From: Chthoniobacterales bacterium
Lineage (GTDB): Bacteria; Verrucomicrobiota; Verrucomicrobiia; Chthoniobacterales; Chthoniobacteraceae
Direction: 5' to 3'
Assembly: GCA_038207335.1 (NCBI GenBank)
Contig: JBBQZX010000002.1
Span: forward strand, 128,001-192,000
DNA: 64,000 bases
The notes below the pieces were generated by a model. It worked only from the letters and a program-made list of their open reading frames with translations. It was not told the origin of the DNA and ran no database searches. Below, piece after piece: positions 58,096 through 64,000 of this stretch (position 1 is its first letter; every line of letters starts with the position of its first letter). Both the position numbers and the translations under genes were made by a program.

Positions 58096-58748
58096 GCTAG
58101 GGGAACGGTCTTGGCTTTTGCGTCGCGGATCGCCGCGAGGATGTTCGAATAGGCGCCGCAGCGGCAGATGTTACCGCTCATCCACTCGCGGATTTGCGTG
58201 TCGTCGGTCGCGTGCCCTTCCTTCAAGAGAGCGACCGCCGAGCAGATTTGGCCTGGCGTGCAGTACCCGCATTGGAAGCCGTCGTGCTCGATGAAAGCCG
58301 TCTGGACCGGGTGGAGTTCATCCCCTTTCGCCAACCCCTCGATTGTCGTGATTTCCTCACCATCGTGAGTCACCACGAGACTCAGGCAAGAGTTGATCCG
58401 CCGTCCATCGACCAGCACCGTGCAGGCCCCGCACTGGCCGTGATCGCACCCTTTTTTCGTGCCGGTCAGCGCGAGATGTTCCCGCAGTGCATCTAGCAAC
58501 GTCGTCCGCGGATCGAGCCGCAACTTGGTTTCCCGGCCATTGATGACGAGCCGCACATCGACCAGCATTCCATTTTCTTGCGCTGTGGACTCCGATCCCG
58601 ACGCCGCGAAAAGATGCGGACCAATGGCAACCGCTGCGCCTGTCCCGGCGACCTGCTTTAGGAATTTCCGACGCGTGGCGGGATCACCGAAAGTGAGCTG
58701 TTCGTCGAGCTCGCTTTCATCGGGAAGAGGTCGGGAGTCGTCGTGCAT
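58092..58748 (-). CDS. 2Fe-2S subunit with Tat signal (PaoA/YagT-like)
   Basis: TRRKFLK Tat motif; [30 protein letters not shown]. Confidence 0.92.
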   Translation of the reverse strand: MHDDSRPLPDESELDEQLTFGDPATRRKFLKQVAGTGAAVAIGPHLFAASGSESTAQENGMLVDVRLVINGRETKLRLDPRTTLLDALREHLALTGTKKGCDHGQCGACTVLVDGRRINSCLSLVVTHDGEEITTIEGLAKGDELHPVQTAFIEHDGFQCGYCTPGQICSAVALLKEGHATDDTQIREWMSGNICRCGAYSNILAAIRDAKAKTVPLA

Positions 58749-58927
58749 CTCGTTGGATTGGACGAACAAAAATCGCGACCGCGATGCTCGGCGGACGGGT
58801 GAAATTTTTTGCGAGCGACCATCAGGGGCTTCCGAATACCGTGCGTCACTAGAAATTCACGCGTCCGTCTGCGCTCCTCCACCGACCCACCACATCGTCG
58901 AATTCGGAAGTCACCATCCGATCGGCC

Positions 58928-59212
58928 ATGACCAAATACCGCAAATTTCAGTGCCCGCGATGCGGCCAGAAGAGGACCTTCCGTCGCCCCGGCATCAATC
59001 ACCTCCACCACTTCGCGCTCACCGCCGTCACGCTTGGTCTGTGGAGCATTTGCTGGGTTTCTGTCGCCATCTACAGGTCCTTCAGCCCGTGGTGCTGCCG
59101 TTATTGCTCGCACGATCGAGCGGGAAATCTGCCGCCCGAAGATCCCACCCGTCCCTCCAATCGCGAAGTCCTCCCCGCTCCCCGTCGTCGCGCTCCGAGG
59201 CCCGTCGCGTAA
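58928..59212 (+). CDS. Small membrane-associated zinc-ribbon (LITAF-like) protein
   Basis: CPRC...NHLHHFALTAVTLGLWSICW...CRYC: two CxxC pairs flanking a hydrophobic segment. Confidence 0.6.
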   Translation: MTKYRKFQCPRCGQKRTFRRPGINHLHHFALTAVTLGLWSICWVSVAIYRSFSPWCCRYCSHDRAGNLPPEDPTRPSNREVLPAPRRRAPRPVA

Positions 59213-59240
59213 CGCGTCGGGTTTTGAAGTCTGTCGCCGC

Positions 59241-59281
59241 AAAAAAAAACGCGCCTCATCGGAGAAATCCGATGAGGCGCG
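59241..59281 (-). terminator. Rho-independent terminator between convergent genes
   Basis: Perfect 14-bp stem CGCGCCTCATCGGA-GAAA-TCCGATGAGGCGCG preceded by A9 (a U-tract on the minus strand). Confidence 0.85.
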
Positions 59282-59297
59282 CTGTTGCTAAAAGGTT

Positions 59298-59756
59298 CTA
59301 CTTCTTGTCCGCCGGCTTCACATCGGACGGTTTTGCGGAGGTCGCATCCGCCTTTTTGTCTTTGGCGCCGATGATGACTTTCGTCGCTTCCCATTTGCCC
59401 TCGCCTTGCTTGATGCGCGTGCCACGGACCACTTCGTCGGCCTTGATGTCCGCGAGAGTCCCGGCACTGCCGTCGGCTTTCTCGATCGTCGTTTTGTCAG
59501 TCACGCTGAAGACGTTTTCTTTCCCGTCTTTGTTCTTCGTGGTGAAGGTTTTTGCAGCCGCATCGACGCTCGCGACTTTGGCTTGGTAAGGTAGCGCTTT
59601 GACTGCCCCGACGGCTTTTTCTTCCGCCGCCGCGGGCTTCGTTGCAGCGGGCGCAGCAGGCGCGTCGGCTTTTTTCTTGTCGGCGGCAAATGCGCCGAAG
59701 GGGGCCGTGATGGCGAGTGCCGCGATCACCGCTGGGAGGATACGTTGTAGTTTCAT
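59298..59756 (-). CDS. Small secreted Lys-rich beta (OB-fold/DUF5666-like) protein
   Basis: Signal peptide ending AFA; KVASVDAAAKTFTT...FSVTDKTTIEK...LADIKADEVVRG...WEATKVII. Confidence 0.7.
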   Translation of the reverse strand: MKLQRILPAVIAALAITAPFGAFAADKKKADAPAAPAATKPAAAEEKAVGAVKALPYQAKVASVDAAAKTFTTKNKDGKENVFSVTDKTTIEKADGSAGTLADIKADEVVRGTRIKQGEGKWEATKVIIGAKDKKADATSAKPSDVKPADKK

Positions 59757-59978
59757 GTTTGTGCTTTCCATTTGGAGGTTTGACCGAATTCGATCGGCAA
59801 CCACTGCCGACCTTTCCCCTGCCACTAATGAGACGAGCGCTAACGGTCAAGCCGCCATTCCGAGCCGTGATTTTGATGCCACGGAATTGGCCGTCTGAAA
59901 CTCCCTCGCGCACCGCTCTCGATGGCGGCAGAAAGGACTTGAAAACCAACATTTGAACTCGAATATCCCGCCCCGAAA

Positions 59979-60239
59979 ATGTCCGAACCCGACCTGCGCA
60001 CAGCCATCAAGGAAATGATGGTCGAGAACCTCATGCTGAAAGTGACGAAAGAAGAGATCGCCGACGATCTGCCGCTTTTCGGCCCCGACGGTCTCGGGCT
60101 CGACTCGATCGACGCGCTCGAACTCGTCGTCTCGCTCGAGAAGAAATTCGGCGTCAGTGTGCCGAATTCCGAGGCCGCGAAGTCCGCTCTCGCAACCGTG
60201 AATTCGATCCACGACTACGTGGTAGCGAATCGGAAGTAG
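59979..60239 (+). CDS. Acyl carrier protein
   Basis: 86 aa, acidic; GLGLDSIDALELVV phosphopantetheine-attachment motif, EKKFGV. Confidence 0.9.
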   Translation: MSEPDLRTAIKEMMVENLMLKVTKEEIADDLPLFGPDGLGLDSIDALELVVSLEKKFGVSVPNSEAAKSALATVNSIHDYVVANRK

Positions 60240-60258
60240 TTCCGACAGCAGCGTATCC

Positions 60259-61332
60259 TCACTCCGTTTCCGATGCGTTGATCGTGTCGATGATGAGCCG
60301 AAAGCGCCCAAAATTCTTCCTGCACGGCGTAAAGACGAGGCGCGGCAGGTCGGCGAGTTCGGGCTCGTTGTGCTCCTCGGGCAGCGCGGCGGATTGACTG
60401 AAAGTTGTGCCCCCAAGCAGGTCGGCGAACTGCTCGTTTAACGTGCCGACAGCAGCATCGGTGAGCTTTTTCTCCAGCCGAAAAACCAGCCGCCGCCCGA
60501 CCCAGCGATACGAACGGAAGACTCGGTAGAACTGCTCGATCTCCGCGACCGCGCCCTCCACGTCGTGCGCAACTTTGAAAAGATGGAAGTCGTCTTTCGA
60601 GACGAGGCCGAGCTTCAAAAGATAGTCGCCGAGGAAGGCGAACCAAGTCTCCCAATACCGCCCTCCCGGCTTGTCCACGAGCACGACGGGCAGGATGCGC
60701 GCCTTGCCGGTCTGCATGAGCGTGAGGACTTCAAAGCCTTCATCCATCGTGCCGAAGCCGCCGGGAAAGAGCGCGACCGCATGCGTCTCTTTCACGAAAT
60801 TCAGCTTCCGCGTGAAGAAGTAGTTGAAGTTGATGAGCTTCTCGTCGCCGTCAATCGTCTCGTTTGCGCGCTGCTCGAATGGAAGTCGGATGTTCAGCCC
60901 GAAGCCGTTCTCCCGCCCCGCGCCGCGCTGCGCCGCGCCCATGATCCCGTCGCCCGCGCCCGTGATCGTCATGTATCCGATCTCGCGCATCCGCCGCGCA
61001 AATTCCTCCGCCTCGATCGCCTCCGGCTCTGTCGGCAAGGTGCGCGCGCTGCCGAAGATCACGACCTTTCTCCTATCCCGATACGGCGCAAAAACGCGCG
61101 ACGCATATCGCAGCTCATTCAGCGAGCGATTGAACAATTTCAGGTCCGCGACGCTGATCTTGTCGCGCGACATTTTCAGCGCGGTCACAATGAGCTGCTC
61201 GATCATTTCGCACGAAGTCTCGCATCCAAAATCCGCAACGAGTTTGCGGATGCGCTGGTCGATCGCGGGATCGCCGCAGGAGCCGCGTTGAGTCGGGAGT
61301 GCGTGGATGCCGCCGCCGGTAAAATCGTGCAA
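60259..61332 (-). CDS. LOG-family (TIGR00730 Rossmann-fold) protein with N- and C-terminal extensions
   Basis: IFGSAR, TGAGDGIM, GLNIRLPFEQ, YFFTRK, PGGFGTMDE; start codon uncertain. Confidence 0.88.
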   Translation of the reverse strand: MHDFTGGGIHALPTQRGSCGDPAIDQRIRKLVADFGCETSCEMIEQLIVTALKMSRDKISVADLKLFNRSLNELRYASRVFAPYRDRRKVVIFGSARTLPTEPEAIEAEEFARRMREIGYMTITGAGDGIMGAAQRGAGRENGFGLNIRLPFEQRANETIDGDEKLINFNYFFTRKLNFVKETHAVALFPGGFGTMDEGFEVLTLMQTGKARILPVVLVDKPGGRYWETWFAFLGDYLLKLGLVSKDDFHLFKVAHDVEGAVAEIEQFYRVFRSYRWVGRRLVFRLEKKLTDAAVGTLNEQFADLLGGTTFSQSAALPEEHNEPELADLPRLVFTPCRKNFGRFRLIIDTINASETE

Positions 61333-61336
61333 GTGT

Positions 61337-61426
61337 GTTGTGAGTTGGGAGTTGAGAGATGAGAGTCGCGGCCCTAAAACCGCGCGCCTTTGCTACCGCT
61401 CCACACTCAACTCTCAACTCCCAACT
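61337..61426. repeat. Inverted pair of heptamer tandem arrays
   Basis: GTTGTGA GTTGGGA GTTGAGA GATGAGA ... ACTCAAC TCTCAAC TCCCAAC; perfect 16-bp inverted repeat 61343-61358 / 61411-61426. Confidence 0.75.
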
Positions 61427-61432
61427 TTCCAA

Positions 61433-62449
61433 ATGATCGTCGTCATCCACCCCAATACACCGCGCGAAAAAATCGACGAGGTCATCGCTGAAGTGAAAGC
61501 GCTCGGATACGATCCGCGCCCGATTTTCGGTACAGAGCAGACGATCATTGCGGCGATCGGCGACGAGCGCACGCAGCACACGCTGGAGTCGCTAAGTGTG
61601 ATGCCGCAGGTGGAAAAAGTGCTGCGTGTGCAAAAGCGCTACAAGCTCGTAAGCCGCGAATCGCATCCGGCGAATTCGATCGTGAACGTCGATGGCGTCG
61701 AGGTCGGCGGGGTGAAATTCACGATGATGGCGGGCCCATGCTCGGTGGAAAGTGAGGAGCAACTCATGAGCACCGCGCGCGCCGTGAAGGCCGCGGGCGC
61801 AACGATCCTGCGCGGCGGCGCCTACAAGCCGCGCACGTCGCCGTATGAGTTTCAGGGGCTGGGAAAAGAGGGGCTGCGGCTGCTGCAGGTTGCCAAGCAG
61901 GAGACGGGGTTGAAGATCATCACCGAGGTGCTCAGCGAAAATGACGTCGATCACGTCGCCGAGTCATCGGACATTCTGCAGGTCGGCGCGCGCAATTCGC
62001 AGAACTACCAACTGCTTATCGCGTGCGCCCGCAGCGGGAAGCCGATCCTGCTGAAACGCGGGCTCAGCGAGCGAATCGAGGAGTGGCTCCTTGCCGCCGA
62101 ATACATCCTCGCGCACGGAAATCCGAACGTGCTTTTCTGCGAGCGCGGCATCCGCACATTTGAGACTTACACGCGCAACACGCTCGATCTCTCCGCGGTG
62201 GCGATCATCAAAAAGGAGTCGCACCTGCCGGTCATCATCGACCCGAGCCAGGGCTGCGGGCGCGCCGATCTCGTCCGCGCGATGTGCGGCGGCGCAGTCG
62301 CGATGGGTGCCGACGGCCTCCTCATCGAAGTCCACCCGCATCCTGCTGAAGCACTCAGCGACGGCCAGCAACAAGTCGATTTCGACGGCTTCAGAGAGCT
62401 GATGACCGGCCTCGGGCCGCTCCTCACCGCGATGGGACGGACGGTGTAG
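61433..62449 (+). CDS. aroF: 3-deoxy-7-phosphoheptulonate (DAHP) synthase, class I-beta with N-terminal regulatory domain
   Basis: AGPCSVES, RGGAYKPRTSPY, QVGARN, LKRG, CERGIRTF, IIDPS, IEVHP. Confidence 0.94.
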   Translation: MIVVIHPNTPREKIDEVIAEVKALGYDPRPIFGTEQTIIAAIGDERTQHTLESLSVMPQVEKVLRVQKRYKLVSRESHPANSIVNVDGVEVGGVKFTMMAGPCSVESEEQLMSTARAVKAAGATILRGGAYKPRTSPYEFQGLGKEGLRLLQVAKQETGLKIITEVLSENDVDHVAESSDILQVGARNSQNYQLLIACARSGKPILLKRGLSERIEEWLLAAEYILAHGNPNVLFCERGIRTFETYTRNTLDLSAVAIIKKESHLPVIIDPSQGCGRADLVRAMCGGAVAMGADGLLIEVHPHPAEALSDGQQQVDFDGFRELMTGLGPLLTAMGRTV

Positions 62450-62467
62450 CAGCGCGGCTTTTCGGCC

Positions 62468-63835
62468 ATGCTGAATTGGATCTGGCTCAGCTTCCTGCTC
62501 ATCGCCGTGCTTGTCGGCGGGTTCACAGGAAAGCTGCCAGCGATGACGAACGGAGCGTTCGACACCGCCAAATCGGCAGTGATGGAAATCGCGCTGCCGC
62601 TGATCGGGCTCATGGCGATTTGGCTTGGAATCATGCGGCTCGCCGAGCGATCGGGGCTTGTCCAGAACATCGCGCGCGCGCTGCGTCCGCTCATGCGCCT
62701 GCTCTTCCCCGAAGTCCCCTCGGAGCACCCGGCAATGGGCGCGATGGTGATGAACATGGCCGCCAACATGCTCGGCCTTGGCAACGCCGCGACCCCGCTC
62801 GGCCTCCGCGCGATGGAGCATCTCGAGCGACTCAACCCGCGCCCCGGCACCGCGACCAACGCGATGTGCACCTTCCTCGCGATCAACACCGCCTCGATCC
62901 AACTCGTCCCGACCACCGCGATGAGCCTGCTCGCCGTCGCCGGCTCGAAAAATCCCGCGGCAATCGTCGTCACCGCATTTCTCGCGACCTGCTGCGCCGC
63001 GTGTTCCGGCGTGCTCGCCGCGAAAGTCCTTGAACGTCTTCCGATTTTCCGCCTTTCCGCTGCCGCGGAGAAAACCGCCACTGTTTCTGCCGAAGACGCC
63101 GCTCCAATCACGCAGATGGAGATGGAGAAAATCGAGCCCACCGCGCTGACGCTCACCGGCCGCATCATCCTCGCGCTCTTCATTTTCGCCTTCGCCGGAA
63201 TGCTCGTGCTCCTCGCCTTTCCCGACGCGATCGCTGCGCTGCACGCCGGCATTTCCATGCCGCCCGCGCCGGAGATCATGAATGGCAAGCCGCCCTTCCT
63301 GCGCGTCCTCTTCTCCATCTCGATCCTCGCAGTGCCGTTCCTGCTATCGTTCTTCCCTCTCTACGCCGCGCTGCGCGGAGTGAAGGTCTATGAGCAATTC
63401 GTCGAGGGCGCGAAGGAGGCATTTGGAGTCGCGCAGCGCATCATCCCTTTCCTCGTCGCGATGCTCGTCTCCATCCGCCTCCTCCGAGATGCCGGCGTTA
63501 TCGACCTCCTCACGCGCACTCTTCAGCCCGCGCTGAACTTCATCCATTTCCCCGCCGACCTCCTGTCGATGGTGCTCATGCGTCCGCTCAGCGGCAGCGC
63601 CACGCAGGGCATCTTTGTCGAACTCATCAACCGCCTCGGCCCCGACACGCTCGTGAGCCGCATGGCCGGGACCATCTACGGCAGCACCGAGACGACCTTC
63701 TACGTCCTCGCCGTCTATTTCGGCTCCGTCGCGGTTCGCAAAACCCGCCACGCCGTCATCGCCGGCCTCACCGCCGACACCGTCGCCGTCATCGCTTCGA
63801 TCACCATCTGCAGGCTGCTCTTCCGGGGAAGTTAA
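62468..63835 (+). CDS. Fused SpmA-SpmB (nucleoside-recognition Gate domain) membrane protein
   Basis: MLNWIW, ANMLGLGNAATPLGLRAM (SpmA); VYEQFVEGAKE, RPLSGS, GSTETTFYVLAVYFGSV (SpmB). Confidence 0.9.
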   Translation: MLNWIWLSFLLIAVLVGGFTGKLPAMTNGAFDTAKSAVMEIALPLIGLMAIWLGIMRLAERSGLVQNIARALRPLMRLLFPEVPSEHPAMGAMVMNMAANMLGLGNAATPLGLRAMEHLERLNPRPGTATNAMCTFLAINTASIQLVPTTAMSLLAVAGSKNPAAIVVTAFLATCCAACSGVLAAKVLERLPIFRLSAAAEKTATVSAEDAAPITQMEMEKIEPTALTLTGRIILALFIFAFAGMLVLLAFPDAIAALHAGISMPPAPEIMNGKPPFLRVLFSISILAVPFLLSFFPLYAALRGVKVYEQFVEGAKEAFGVAQRIIPFLVAMLVSIRLLRDAGVIDLLTRTLQPALNFIHFPADLLSMVLMRPLSGSATQGIFVELINRLGPDTLVSRMAGTIYGSTETTFYVLAVYFGSVAVRKTRHAVIAGLTADTVAVIASITICRLLFRGS

Positions 63836-64000
63836 TCCGCCGGCTGGGCTTGGGCGGTAAAAATCAGACCCCTTAAAACTCTCCACCTTCGCGCCATCAC
63901 GCCTTCGCTGGTAAACACAGTCACGGCGCTTTTTGCGGTGCTGGTATCAACCCGGACTTCTGGAGCGAGGCCCTGCCAGTGGCGCTCTGAAAAAAATCGA
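63832..64000 (-). CDS. Possible 3' end of a convergent gene entering from beyond the window
   Basis: Open minus-strand frame ...RFFSERHWQGLAPEVRVDTSTAKSAVTVFTSEGVMARRWRVLRGLIFTAQAQPAD* whose stop overlaps the spmAB stop; no motif recognised. Confidence 0.3.
   Translation of the reverse strand, partial: RFFSERHWQGLAPEVRVDTSTAKSAVTVFTSEGVMARRWRVLRGLIFTAQAQPAD

Noticed and set aside
1..64000. tRNA, rRNA, transposase, integrase or prophage genes
   Set aside because: None recognised; intergenic gaps are short and no matching motifs were seen by eye.

Overview
A gene-dense, GC-rich bacterial chromosomal segment, very likely Verrucomicrobiota (Chthoniobacter/Spartobacteria-like). That call rests on a Verru_Chthon prepilin cassette, PEP-CTERM autotransporter-repeat proteins and a DUF1552/DUF1592 pair. 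Housekeeping genes: cysS, valS, a GlmU-like acetyltransferase, two CbpA-like J-proteins, trhO, aroF, acyl carrier protein, LOG-family protein, fused spmAB and an L,D-transpeptidase. Accessory modules: a lower-GC three-gene Verru_Chthon cassette (B-C-A, no D); an orphan DNA methyltransferase abutting oppBC; a 2093-aa PEP-CTERM surface protein; an Ssu/NitT-type ABC transporter; a PaoABC-XdhC-MocA molybdoenzyme operon; and a ~3.7 kb decaying island (PEP-CTERM and sulfatase pseudogenes). The most notable system is at 32.7-43.2 kb. It is a complete guanidine-carboxylase-type pathway (carboxylase with the Asp specificity residue, CgdAB, AtzF) with a divergent ABC importer. I found no guanidine riboswitch. 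Instead the operon is headed by a NikR-family regulator whose Ni-ligand Cys is replaced by Ser, and the intergenic region holds two NikR-type GTATGA-N16-TCATAC-like operators and a sigma54 -24/-12 promoter. No rRNA, tRNA, CRISPR array or transposase was seen. All calls come from motif recognition by eye, without database searches.
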